DNA of 64,000 nucleotides from Octopus sinensis (lineage: Eukaryota). Shown here piece by piece: positions 11,757 to 23,222 of this stretch (position 1 is its first letter; every line of letters starts with the position of its first letter). The notes under the pieces were generated by a model, which made no database searches, was not told where the DNA came from, and was given only the letters and a program-made list of their open reading frames with translations. The DNA lies in the NCBI RefSeq assembly GCF_006345805.1, contig NC_043012.1, forward strand, positions 11,346,001 through 11,410,000. Direction: 5' to 3'. Both the position numbers and the translations under genes were made by a program.

Positions 11757-12482
11757 TGGTATATCTATCAGGCCACGCTAAGCTATATGCATTATATTTG
11801 TTTCTATGTGAAACAAGATTTCTATAATGAATTCTTATATTTCGTTGGTTATACGAAACTTTAAGTATCCACATGTGAATATAGTTATGTGTGTGTGTGC
11901 GTGTGTGTATTCATACACACACGCACACACACACACATTGCAAGCATGGTATGTAGCTAAGATGTTAGCTTCAAACCCATGCGTTTCCGGAATCGATCCC
12001 ACCGCGCGACGCATTGGGCAAATGTTTCCTCCCATAACCCCGGTTTGGCTGATACATTCTGAGAGGAATTTCGTCGGCGGAAACTGTGCGTTAGCCTGCC
12101 GTGCATGTATATGTGTGTTTGCATATATGCATGCAGACGGACGGACACGGACACACACACACACACACATTTTATATAAACTTGATCTCAGCATTCTAAG
12201 CCAACAAAATGCTTGCTGTTCGCTCTGCAGAATTCTCAGTTCCACTTCAGAACTCTACATTCTCGTGAAATACCTGTGAAGTAATTGTGATGCAAATAAA
12301 TAACTGGGAGGGCTATTCTTGCTTCAGGCTAACCTTTCAGGCTTACAATGAGATATTTCAGAAATTGCATCGCAAAAAGTATTTCCTTCTCCTTTTCATC
12401 GGGATGTTGTAATTATAGATGCGAGTGTCGTAACTGATACCAATGAAATAACGAGTGCAGCAACAACAACAACACCAATAAT

Positions 12483-12881
12483 AATGGTTTCAAATTTTTC
12501 CACAAGGGCAACAATTATTGGGGAGGAGATGAGTCGATTACATTGACCCCAGTGTTCAACTGGTACTTAATTTATCGATCTGAAAAGATGAAAGGCAAAG
12601 TCGACCTCGGCGGAATTTGAAATCAGAACGTAGCGACGGGCGAAACACCTATTTCTTTACTACCCACAAGGGGCTAAACACAGAGAGGACAAACAAGGAC
12701 AGACAAACGGATTAAGTCGATTATATCGACCCCAGTGCTTAACTGGTACTTATCTAATCGACCCCGAAAGGATGAAAGGCAAAGTCGACCTCGGCGGAAT
12801 TTGAAATCAGAACGGAGCTGCAGACGAAATACGGCTACGCATTTCGCCCGGCGTGCTAACGTTTCTGACAGCTCACCGCCT
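12483..12881 (-). mobile_element. SINE family A dimer
   Basis: Full unit followed by a head-less unit joined at AAAGAAATAG|GTGTTTCG (minus strand). Confidence 0.85.
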
Positions 12882-12892
12882 TCATAATGATA

Positions 12893-13359
12893 AAGGTCAA
12901 AATCCCTAGTGCGTACTATATACAAGGTTAAAAATGAAAAATATTTTCTAAGCAATGTCCGAGTCTCTATTTGCTGTCCGGCAATGTTTATTCAGACGCA
13001 TTTTGTGATGTCGGGCGCGAAAATACCTTAAGCTAAGCCTGAAAGCAATGAAGTCATAAAAGAATCATCCATAACTTGCAATAAGCAACATTTATTAAAC
13101 ATTATTACTGTTATTTCTTTATTTTCTGCAAACAAAATGCACAAAAAAGCTACACGTTTGCATTATGTTATATATACAATAATAATAAAGGACGTTAGTG
13201 TATACAGTTTTACAAACCAAGGACGTTATATAGACCCCTTGACTCAAGTTAGAGAAGAGATGCGTATTATAAACAAGGTTTAGGTTTTTCAGGGGTACAG
13301 CCCCCTAAAAATCCCCTGCGTATTATACTCATGGGCGGACTATACTCGAGGATTTACGG
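12893..13359. mobile_element. Tc1/mariner-superfamily (Tc2/pogo-like) non-autonomous remnant
   Basis: Right end reads TA-CCGTAAATCCTCGAGTATAGTCCGC on the minus strand (CCGTA terminus plus TA); repeated subterminal TGCGTATTATA/TGCGTACTATA motifs; left TIR not seen. Confidence 0.55.
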
Positions 13360-13931
13360 TATTTTACATGGTAGTTTGAGGGAATTTTGGTTATTATTTC
13401 TAGCAGAGCGAGTGACACTGTAAGGAGATTCCATAGTGACTCGCTTTGTTGTTATTGTCGGTGGTAGTGGTGGTGGTGATGGTGGTGGTTGTGGAGATGG
13501 CCAATTCATGACACTTCAGACACGTGTCTCCCATGGTGGTGGTGATGGTATTGGAGGTCGATATGACACTTCAGACATGACTCTCCGGCAACAACAAATT
13601 GTTGAAGGCCTATTGGACTATTGGACTATTGTTGTTGTTGTTGTTGTGGGTAAATAATACCTCCTGCCTGCCCCTACGTCCCCACCTCTCTGTGAAACCT
13701 CCTCGAAATTACTTATTTAGCCTATTGTTTGTATGACATTATAGTTTCGAGACACACATACACACATCGAACACCTTCCCACTCTCTCCCCTTCTCCATC
13801 TCCCCGCTATATATATATATATATATATATGGTGTGTGTGTGTGTGTGTGTATATATGAGGGATGGTGTTTGGGTATAAACGAACATGTAATGTGTGTAT
13901 GTATGTATATATGTCTGTGTGTGTATATATA

Positions 13932-13969
<38 letters not shown>

Positions 13970-13970
13970 T

Positions 13971-14028
<58 letters not shown>

Positions 14029-15654
14029 ATATATACACTCACACACATATATATTCGTTTACTATATATTATTGTTCAGCTTCCATCTTGGCGTGTTGTT
14101 AAGGAAACTGCCACGTTACCGAAATATTCCTGATTTCCTAGAGATAAGTCTGGTGGCGGTGAAGGTGGTAATTGTAGTTTTCAGTAGTGGTAGTAGTAGC
14201 AGCAGCAGCAGCAGTAGTAGTAACAATAGTGCTGTTGTTGTTTAGTATCACTATGACACTGGGTAATTTCTGTTTTCTGTGGAGGTAAAGAAAAGATAAC
14301 CTCGATTTTCTTATTTCATTTCCCTTCTTCTTACCTTACACTCGCCATTGTTGTTGTTGTTGTTATTTTACCTCTGCTTTATCTTTGGGGGTCCTGCTGA
14401 CACAGGGTCTATTTTCACAACCCCCACCCACCCAAACCCTCCTCCTCCTCCTCCTCCTCCTCGCATGCTACTACGACCACTACTGCTGCTGCCACCACTT
14501 TTCAGTTTTGTTTGATTTGGGTTTTCCATTTAGAGAACATAACTAGGTTTGCAAGTGGGAGAAAGAATATTGAGTGTGTGTGTGTGTGTGTAGAACAGTG
14601 CTCGAACAGAACTACATAATTAAGAGCGTTTCAGATGTGACCATTCCGTCTTTTTGTATATATAATGTTGTCTTGTTCCAATGTGTCCTCCTTTTTTTTT
14701 GTAAGACAGTGGGAGTTAATGTGAGGGATGTCTTAGGTGCTATTTCTGGAGGTTAAAGGGGTGCTGTTAGTAGAGATGGAGTCTTCGGTCTCTTCTTCTT
14801 TCGTTGTGGACAGAAAAACCTTGAGAAAGTTTGCACTACCGCTCAAGTGATACGTCGGCCTTCTGCCCTCAACGGCCATGTCTAGTTTGTGTGTCGTCTA
14901 GCAGATTGATTATGCACGGAATGAATTTAAAGATTTTATTGAGAAAATTGTTCAACAAATATCAGAATAACTTTGTTCAAAGCAACAAAATTCAATAACA
15001 AATTAAGAGCTCCAAAACCATGTCTTTCCCTGTAAACACCCCAAAGATAATTTTTTTCATAAAGTTGAGCCTAAGAACGAATTAAGCATTGTCATGGGCC
15101 GCACGTTTGACACCTCTTGTTTAGATTATGCCTAATCCGCTAGTCTATTAAAATCTATTAACTTACTCTCCATAATATTTAATCAGTTTTGTCAAAGCCC
15201 AGTCGTGACTCAAATATTACACTGGATTAAAATTAAAGAATCGAAGCAGTTTTAAATCCAATAATATTCATAACGATCATTATGATTATCTGAACTTCTT
15301 AATTTCACCAAATTAATGACTGCTTTTCGTTAATGCTTCTGGTTTAGAATCTGTTTTAGCTGGTTACAACGAAGTATTTTTGTTTCCCTTTCAAACATTA
15401 TCATCTTTCCATTCACTAAATTTGTTTAGAAATTAATATAGAAATACAAACATCAGCTGAAATTGCTTTACATCATAAAATATTTTAAAATTGTTTTTTA
15501 AATAAAAAAAATTTCGAGATTTTTCAAAGATATTTCTGTCATAATTTAAATTTCAGCTAGAAATTTCTCCATACCGACCGCAATTTTTTGTATATTTAAT
15601 TTATACCTTGATTTTATTAATTATTTAATTTAATTCATTATTTTATTTCTAATT

Positions 15655-15677
15655 CTACTTTTCTTCATTTTTTCCAG
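15655..15677 (+). other. 3' splice acceptor of an intron in the four-jointed 5'UTR
   Basis: Long pyrimidine tract CTACTTTTCTTCATTTTTTCCAG|G ending 165 nt before the ATG. Confidence 0.7.
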
Positions 15678-15693
15678 GTGGTGATTATCTAAG

Positions 15694-15790
15694 ATGGGAT
15701 TAATTAGCACAATTTTCGATTCAATGAAGTGGCTTAATGAACTTTAAAGATTTCTTTATCCGACGCTATCATCTTTATCATCGCTATTAA
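15694..15790 (+). promoter_or_regulatory. two overlapping 17-aa uORFs in the four-jointed 5'UTR
   Basis: 15694-15747 MGLISTIFDSMKWLNEL* and 15737-15790 MNFKDFFIRRYHLYHRY*, both between the acceptor and the main ATG and out of frame with it. Confidence 0.5.
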
Positions 15791-15842
15791 TTATCAGCAG
15801 CTTCTTACCTTCCTCTTCATCAACAAAATAGAAACTTCATTT

Positions 15843-17441
15843 ATGGCTAAAACATATCAACCGAATTCTGGCGTTGTTTGTCAATCTTCACAGTCTAATT
15901 TGGTCGTAGAACCATGCAAATATTCCGACTGTGAGTCAGCTGTGACTGCAGTAATTAAACGGTTTGAATTAAGTATGAAATTTATAGTATTGTTCATGAC
16001 AGGGCTTGGATTTTTCTTTGGTATTCTTGTTGGCCTGTTAATACAACTTCCGGGTGTGACTGTGCCTTCGGATTTTGTCCGAACCAGCAGCAAGGATGTT
16101 CGGGTTGACATCAAAGAGTCCCATCACCGATACCAGGAACCAACAGAAGGTCCACTTGCACAGCAGATACAAAGAGTTATTGTAGCAAGGGAAATATTAA
16201 ATGAAAAATCTCACGGTCAAATGCAAAAAACCGATTTAGCAGTGGTTCAGAATACGAATAATTCTTTAGAAATCAAAGAAGAGATTTTAAAGAAGAGCCC
16301 TTATCCAGATGCTCCTTACCAAGAAACTAACAATCAAGAAACATTACTGAACGCTGATGTGAAACCCGAAATCCCCATCAATGCTGTACTTAGGTTTACT
16401 CAGTTGTCGGCAGCTAATAATTCCAATAAAAAACCTTCCCAAGTGGTAAAAGGTGCAGCAGAAACCAAGAAATTGGCAGGAAATTCTTCTGTGGTAAATG
16501 GTGTGTTTTGGCAACCTTCTGTAGAGAAATTGTGTGTTGTTGGTTTTTCTAAAGAAAGAAGATCAAATTGGCGGCGGAAAGCTGGCATTCTGCAGATTGT
16601 TAAAATGGAAGAAGGATGCGGACGAATGCAAAACAGGTTGCTGACTTTCAGGGATTCCTCAAAAGCCTGTGCTCGCTATCGATTGAATACGGATCAAATT
16701 CAAGGAGATATATTTTCTTACTATTTAAGCCAAATCTTAAAAATCAGTAACCTTCCCCCATCCATTGCTCTTGCTGTACAACCAAGAGATATCAAGTGGA
16801 GTGACATTCATGAGGAAATTGCGCAATCTCAATGGGTAGAAGATCAAGTAGTTATCGTGTCAGAATGGATTGAGGGTCTTGAACCAACCTTTATACCTAA
16901 AGAGTTTCGCAACGAAGGCCTTCACTTAAATCCTATTTCTGACAGCCTGTCGAGAAAAAGTCAAAAAGAACTTTGTGAACTCGTCCAGTGGTCAGATTTA
17001 ATAGTTTTCGACTATTTAATCGCTAATCTTGACCGCGTTGTTAACAATATGTTCAACAAACAATGGAACGCTAATATGATGAGCAACCCAGCACATAATC
17101 TCCAGAAAGTTCCATCGAATGAACAGCTAGTATTTTTGGATAACGAATCTGGATTATTCCACGGATATCGCCTACTTGATAAATATAGTTCGTATCACCA
17201 TTCCATGTTGCAATCGCTGTGTGTCTTCAGGAAATCGACTGCAAAAGCTATAGAAAGATTACACTTTACTGGAGACATTGGAAAAGAACTGAAAGAAGAG
17301 TTCATCAAGAACGAAAAATTCCATTATTTAATACCAAGTTTACCAGAGAAAAATGTCAAAATCCTTCAGGAACGAATCTCAGAGGTTTATGCACAAATAC
17401 AAAAATGTCAAGACAAATACACATACAAAACAACACAATAG
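15843..17441 (+). CDS. fjx1: four-jointed extracellular/Golgi serine-threonine kinase (FJX1-like, Fam20/Fj family), 532 aa, intronless CDS
   Basis: Type II transmembrane segment (MKFIVLFMTGLGFFFGILVGLLI), low-complexity stem, GVFW, GCGRMQNR, ACARYRLNTDQIQG-IFSYYL, QWSDLIVFDYLIANLDR and LVFLDNESGL (DNE at aa 433-435), all typical of Drosophila Fj and vertebrate FJX1. Confidence 0.97.
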   Translation: MAKTYQPNSGVVCQSSQSNLVVEPCKYSDCESAVTAVIKRFELSMKFIVLFMTGLGFFFGILVGLLIQLPGVTVPSDFVRTSSKDVRVDIKESHHRYQEPTEGPLAQQIQRVIVAREILNEKSHGQMQKTDLAVVQNTNNSLEIKEEILKKSPYPDAPYQETNNQETLLNADVKPEIPINAVLRFTQLSAANNSNKKPSQVVKGAAETKKLAGNSSVVNGVFWQPSVEKLCVVGFSKERRSNWRRKAGILQIVKMEEGCGRMQNRLLTFRDSSKACARYRLNTDQIQGDIFSYYLSQILKISNLPPSIALAVQPRDIKWSDIHEEIAQSQWVEDQVVIVSEWIEGLEPTFIPKEFRNEGLHLNPISDSLSRKSQKELCELVQWSDLIVFDYLIANLDRVVNNMFNKQWNANMMSNPAHNLQKVPSNEQLVFLDNESGLFHGYRLLDKYSSYHHSMLQSLCVFRKSTAKAIERLHFTGDIGKELKEEFIKNEKFHYLIPSLPEKNVKILQERISEVYAQIQKCQDKYTYKTTQ

Positions 17442-17639
17442 ACGCAAACAATTTACATATACAAGGATTTTATTTATTTATTTTTATCTTTGGTTCCCCT
17501 GATATACTCTATACCACAAGCTTCGTGTTCCCGTCCCCCTCCCCATTCCTATTTATCACCCGCTGTACATAGACAATAATTAAAATTTATTTCAACAAGG
17601 TAAATATGTAATATTAAGCAAACTTATTTTTCTATAAAA

Positions 17640-17645
17640 AATAAA
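17640..17645 (+). terminator. candidate polyadenylation signal for four-jointed
   Basis: AATAAA about 200 nt after the stop codon, followed about 20 nt later by a GT/T-rich element (CGTTGTTTTTATTATGGTTGTTT). Confidence 0.55.
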
Positions 17646-17716
17646 TTTTATTACAATTATTATCGTTGTTTTTATTATGGTTGTTTATATATATACATGC
17701 ATGCATACATTGATAA

Positions 17717-17752
<36 letters not shown>

Positions 17753-18199
17753 ATTGATACATACAGACATACATGTACTTCTAACGACAATACCTGACTA
17801 GCTCAGTGAAGATCAGCTGCTACAAACCCAATCATAGACCAACTTTCAGCCATAAAGCGACAACAAAGTTTATAGAAAATAAATTAAGGTGGTGCTCCAG
17901 CATGACTGCAGTCCTACGACTGAGACCACAACAGCTATGTATGTATATATATACATAGGGTGGGGGAGCCATCGTTAGACCGCTTGGCTGGCTGAAACTT
18001 CGAGGTCACTAACAGAAACATTCTTGTATTATATGAATGAATTTGCACTCTACAAATATAGAGTAACCCATGAGATTAATGTCAACTTGTTTTTATTATA
18101 ACTGAACATAAGAAAACATAATATAATATACTATAATATAATATAATATAATATTTTATATATATATATATATATATAGCTTGGTAGATATATAATGTG

Positions 18200-18740
18200 T
18201 AAGAAGTCCGAAAAAGTGTGTAGTAGATATAATTAGTCCTCAAAACAAAATCAGATGTATAAATCTAAAATCTAACGTTGAACGAAGGAAGACATACAAG
18301 AGTTGGCTAAAGGCAATGTAGCGGTCAAGCGTACGAACGTAAAATAAAACAAAGATGGTCAGATGGTTGCTAATGGCATCAAAGAACTTATTAAATAGAG
18401 AAATGTGAGTATGAATATCAGGAAAGCAAAATTTCTAGTAGTTCTTTATTGATAAGTAAATATCCTGAAAGCTTATATTCTAATATTACAGATAAAAGGG
18501 AAGATGATCTGTTGTCCTTCATAGGTAGTTGGAAATCAGGAGAGTTCACATTCTAACCTCACAAAAAGAAAGTGGGGATTACAAGGAATCCTTTATAACT
18601 ACTTACAGAATTTGGGGGCTCAGTAGGTGTGGTATTACGCATTGTGTGTACCTATATATATATGAAATACATGGTGTTGGTGAATATATATGAAATGACA
18701 CAAATCTAGATTATATGAACACACACTCGACCATCGGGAG
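18200..18740 (-). mobile_element. possible highly decayed Penelope-like GIY-YIG remnant
   Basis: Minus-strand fragments YIGTHN and ...YLLINKELLEI, with many stops; boundaries approximate. Confidence 0.3.
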
Positions 18741-18814
18741 GAAATAGTTTTAGTAGACAAATGTATTAGATAAACAGTAATACTTCACTTTACAAGGACA
18801 CCGGGTTTACTAGT

Positions 18815-19287
18815 TTTAAATTTGAAGCACAAGATCCAAATTTTGAACGAAGTTTCTACTACAATAACAAATACTTCTGCAAGTTGCCGAGAAATTTATC
18901 GAGGGAAAAGAAAAGCTTCTGAGTAAACAACTCTAGATTTGTTCTATAAAAGATATCTACAAGTCCGTGTACGAGTGCTTGTGAATTGGCGATCGCGTCT
19001 AAAGTGGTGTGAGGGAGTCTAGGATGAGTGAGAGTGATTCAGAAAACGATTATAATAATACTTTTTCATCATAAATGATATTGACAGTCTTTTTACTTTA
19101 CATAAAATATTCTTTACATTCTACTATTGTTTTATTGCCATTTATTTACGAGTATTATAAATTTTATAGGTAAAATATTTTTCTGAGAATGAATTACGAT
19201 TTATGACATTGCTACTATGGGAAATTATTGCTCTACTTTACGAGTGGCCTCCGGGAACAAATGGAGTTGTATATCGAGGCATTACTG
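18815..19287 (+). mobile_element. pogo/Tigger-like transposon 3' remnant
   Basis: Translates to FEAQDPNFERS and CREIYRGKRKASE*TTLDLFYK (Tigger-like C-terminus); ends CGAGGCATTACTG-TA, i.e. a CAGT-type TIR plus TA. Confidence 0.6.
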
Positions 19288-19456
19288 TATATGTATAAAT
19301 ACACAATCGATAACGGGTGAGAGGTAAGGCCGAAAAGTATACAGTAGTATAATTTGTTCCAATAGAACATCCACGTTTACCTGAGGATAGATATTACCTC
19401 TCGGTATTTAATACTGCTTCTGTCGTGAATATATATATTGTTAATAAGCTAATATA

Positions 19457-19885
19457 GGTGCAGGAGTGGCTGTGTGGTGAGTAGCTTGCTTACAAACCAC
19501 ATGGTTCCGGGTTCAGTCCTACTGTGCGGCACCTTGGGCAAGTGTCTCCTACCATAGCCTCGGGCCGACCAAGGACTTGTGAATGGATTTGGTAGACGGA
19601 AACTGAAAGAAGCCCGTCGTATATATGTGTATATATATATATATGTATGTATGTATGTATGTTTGTGTGTATATTTTTGTGTGTCTGTGTTTGTCCCCCC
19701 AACATTGCTCGACAACCGATGCTGGTGTGTTTACGTCCCCGTGACTTAGTGGTTCGGCAAAAGAGTCCGATAGAATAAGTACTATGCTTACAAAGAATAA
19801 GTCCTGGGGTCGATTTGCTCGACTAAAGGCAGTGCTCCAGCATGGCCGCAATCAAATGACTGAAACAAGTAAAATAGTAAAAGAG
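19457..19885 (+). mobile_element. tRNA-derived SINE, family B (CORE-like, internal microsatellite)
   Basis: Head GG-GCAGGAGTGGCTGTGTGG, B-box-like GGTTCAGTCC, CORE-like CACCTTGGGCAAGTGTC, internal (TA/TG)n, tail GGC-GTGCTCCAGCATGGCCGCA...TGACTGAAACAAGTAAAA. Confidence 0.88.
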
Positions 19886-20092
19886 AGAGAGAGAGTTACT
19901 GGCTAATCGTGACACCAGCTCCTCCTATTCTAGCACTGGCATTCTGTATATTGCTGGCGTGGAGATGAATCGCTGCCACTTGTCGCTGACAGAAGTGAGG
20001 GAGGTGAGACTAGTGGAATATATAGAAGAACAAGAAACAAAAGAAAGGTCAGAAGATACAGAGATGAGAGAGAAAGGGATGTAGCTATAAAC

Positions 20093-20389
20093 CAGTGATT
20101 CGCCACTGTCTTTTTTTTTTTTTAATCTATGGACCCCTTTGATTACTATTTTATTCTGGTGGACCCCACCTAGCCTTCCGATGTTTCAAAAAATATTTTC
20201 ATAGAGACTTCTTTCAAAATGCCTATTCTGTTTATCACACATGTGAATGTGCAATAAAGAAAGTAAAACGTTAGAGAAAGAAGCCTGTTTCTTGCAATAA
20301 ATACATCTAAAGCAAACATTTTTCATGGACCCATAAAATGCTATTGTGGACCCAGTTTTGCTTGTATGGGCCCCGGTTTAGAAGCACTG
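20093..20389. mobile_element. hAT-type MITE
   Basis: CAGTG...CACTG termini, perfect 8-bp TSD CTATAAAC (20085-20092 and 20390-20397), repeated internal GGACCC motifs. Confidence 0.85.
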
Positions 20390-20454
20390 CTATAAACGCT
20401 AACCACTGCTAAACCATTGCTATAAGCACTCAAAAAGCAATCACTTCTAATGTA

Positions 20455-21100
20455 ACTTTGATAGGTTTCGACCAGCATAGGCCCAGGCCATGTCTAACTC
20501 AATAGCACCACCTGGTGAAGTCTTTTAGTCATATAAGGGGCACCATAGCCGACTTTAACAAACAGTTATTATTGTTGGAGACATATCCGGGTGTAGGAGG
20601 TTGGTCCGGGATTTTTTGAGGAAATTTGTCCAGTAAACATTTGAATTTTATGGGATCCGTTTCCGTTTTCATGTATTTTGGTTTGGTATTAAAGAGAGCT
20701 GGACCGGTTGAGGTAAAGTAATTGTGACGTAATGTCGCTATGTGTACCGAGTTCGATTTTTGTAGTGGGCGGGTAGCACGGAGGCCAAGTCTTGGATGGA
20801 TTTTAAAATTGATGCCAACATCATCTGTGCAATATTGATGGAATATTCTCCACATAACACAAACGATGTAGCGCTTCCGGCGGCGTTGGAGAGAGTAGAG
20901 GTTGAGTTTTTTAGTAGATCCCAAAGATCAATGCCTCTCATGCCGTCTGTCTTCCTTGTTATGGACCTCTGGAGCGCTTCTACTTTCGTAATGAGTTGTT
21001 TCGTATGGGGTGGGGGTCCACAGTGGGCAACAGTACTCAGGGTGGGGTCGGGCAAAAAATATAGTATTAGAAATACACTGAGGTATATCGTAGTATAGAA
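20455..21100 (-). mobile_element. CR1/L2-group LINE 3' remnant (RT C-terminus)
   Basis: RPHPEYCCPLWTP, VEALQRSITRK, LNLYSLQRRRKRY, GPALFN and FKCLLDKFPQKIPDQPPTPGY across frameshifts. Confidence 0.85.
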
Positions 21101-22149
21101 ACGTACCGTATATAATTGACAATAGAACTGGACAAAAACCAAAGGAAGATACATTGAACTAGTTTTAGATAGGAGTGGTTCAAGATGGAACGCTTTTAAT
21201 CAAAGACCTGGGGCTAAACAACAGCATCCACTCATATTTTCTTTCTCTCGTCATCTGATTCTTCATCTCGTCAACTACCTGCTCCATCCCAATCTCTGAA
21301 TGCTTCTACAAGTCCTTCCTTCCTTTCCACAGACATGGCTCGTTCTAGAAATCCACCACTACCATTACCACCACCTCTGTCCACGTTGCTTCAACAGATC
21401 GCCATTTACGTGAAAGAATTCAAGCTGAACACCGACCGTGTTAACTGCCGCCTTTCTCTCTACACCTTCCACACAGTCTGACTCTCGTAGTGACCGTGGA
21501 GTTAGGGGTGGTAGGGGAGGCAGTGGAAGCCTTTTAAATAGCAATGGGCATAGTTACTCCTCATCCTTTCCCCCCCTTGTTTCTCCCTTCTTCCAAACCT
21601 GTTAACGCAGGAATAAAATTTATTACTTTATCATAACGTCGAGAACATGAAACAACAACAATATTCCAAACTTTATTGACACAACTTACAAAAAAAAAAA
21701 AAAAAAAGGTTTAAAATAAAAGGAAGCAAATCTGTGATTTTTCATATTTGGTCAGAAGTGATTTTTTTTTTTTCAAGAGAGAAGAAAAAGAAATATATAT
21801 AAATCTAAAATAAATAAAAGCTATATGTAAACAGTGTTCAGGATTGTAGTAGGAATATTTCACGTCTCAGGTGTATAAATAATAGTCAAGAAGAAATGAT
21901 AAATAAATATTGCTTGAAATTCCTGCTTTCAAACCAACTAACTTAACTAAATATTGATTTCTCACTTTAACTCCACAAACGAGCCCTTATCTAGTCGCAC
22001 AACCAACTAGAAGTAGCAGCCAAATCTCCATTAGATCATATAGAAATGATGGCCAATATCTCGCAGCTGGAATTTAGTTGATGGAAATCGTTTGGAAGAC
22101 CGTCATATCTTTTGGCATCTCTTATTAGTATTTTTTGTTTTAGCTATCA

Positions 22150-22527
22150 GACCACGGTCATACTGGAGCACTGGCTTAAAGAATCTTTAAGTAATCGGCA
22201 CCAATATTTTTTTTTATTTTAAGCTTGGTACTTATTCTATCTTTTTTTTTGCCGAACCGCTAAGTTACGGGGACGTAAACAAACACCTGTTGACAAGCGG
22301 TGGGTATAAGACGAAGACACACATACACACACACACGCACATATACATACAGACATACATGTACACACACACACACACACACACATATATGTATGACGGG
22401 CTTCTTTTAGTTTTCGTCCACCAAATCGACTCACAAGGCTTTGGTCTACCTGGCGCTATAGTAGAAGACACTTGCCCAAGGTGCCACCCTGTGGGACTGA
22501 AACCGGAAGTATGTGGCTGGGAAGCAA
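22150..22527 (-). mobile_element. SINE family B
   Basis: Reverse complement of the family B head, CORE-like segment, (CA)n and a diverged tail. Confidence 0.75.
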
Positions 22528-22882
22528 GAATGAATATCGTAATGGATCTCCGTCGTTTGACGATTAGGCTTCAGTTATTCAGGATTACCTGCTCCAGAAT
22601 GAATATAGAAGTGGCTGAGAATTCCACAGACACGTGTGCCTTTAATGGGATTCTCTCGCAGAATCACTGTGAAACCGTGTATAAGAAGGCTGTATCTTTT
22701 GAATTCCAGCCACTATCAATCCAACGGGCTTTTTTTCAGTTTCCTTATGTTCAATTTCCCTCGCAAAAGGCATGGATCTATTCGATGCTATAGAAAATTA
22801 TATTTACCAAAATTGCGCGCATTGGAATTGAACCAGAGACTACGAGGTTTCGAGTGTGTGCGTGTGCGTGTTTTTGTGTGCA

Positions 22883-22938
<56 letters not shown>

Positions 22939-23170
22939 CATACATGTGTGTGTGTTTGTGTGTCTATGTTTGCCCCCCCCCACATCGCTTGACAACCGAT
23001 GCTGGTGTGTTTACGTCCCCGTAACTTAGCGGTTCGGAAAAAAGAGAGTGATAGAATAAGTACTAGGCTAACAAAGGATAAGTTCTGGGATCAATTTGCA
23101 CAACTAAAGGCAAGGCTCCAGCACAGCCGCACTCAAATGACTGAAACAAAGAATAAAAGAATATTCTTAT

Positions 23171-23222
<52 letters not shown>

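Noticed and set aside
13776-14925. Su(H)-like TTCCCAC and TEAD-like CATTCC/GGAATG sites upstream of four-jointed
   Set aside because: Isolated 6-7-mers are expected by chance; there is no clustering or conservation evidence here.
17958-18010. AGCCA...TGGCT-GAA-ACTTCGAGGT-C, resembling a hammerhead 3' half
   Set aside because: The CUGANGA core is replaced by a G-run; at best a dead remnant.
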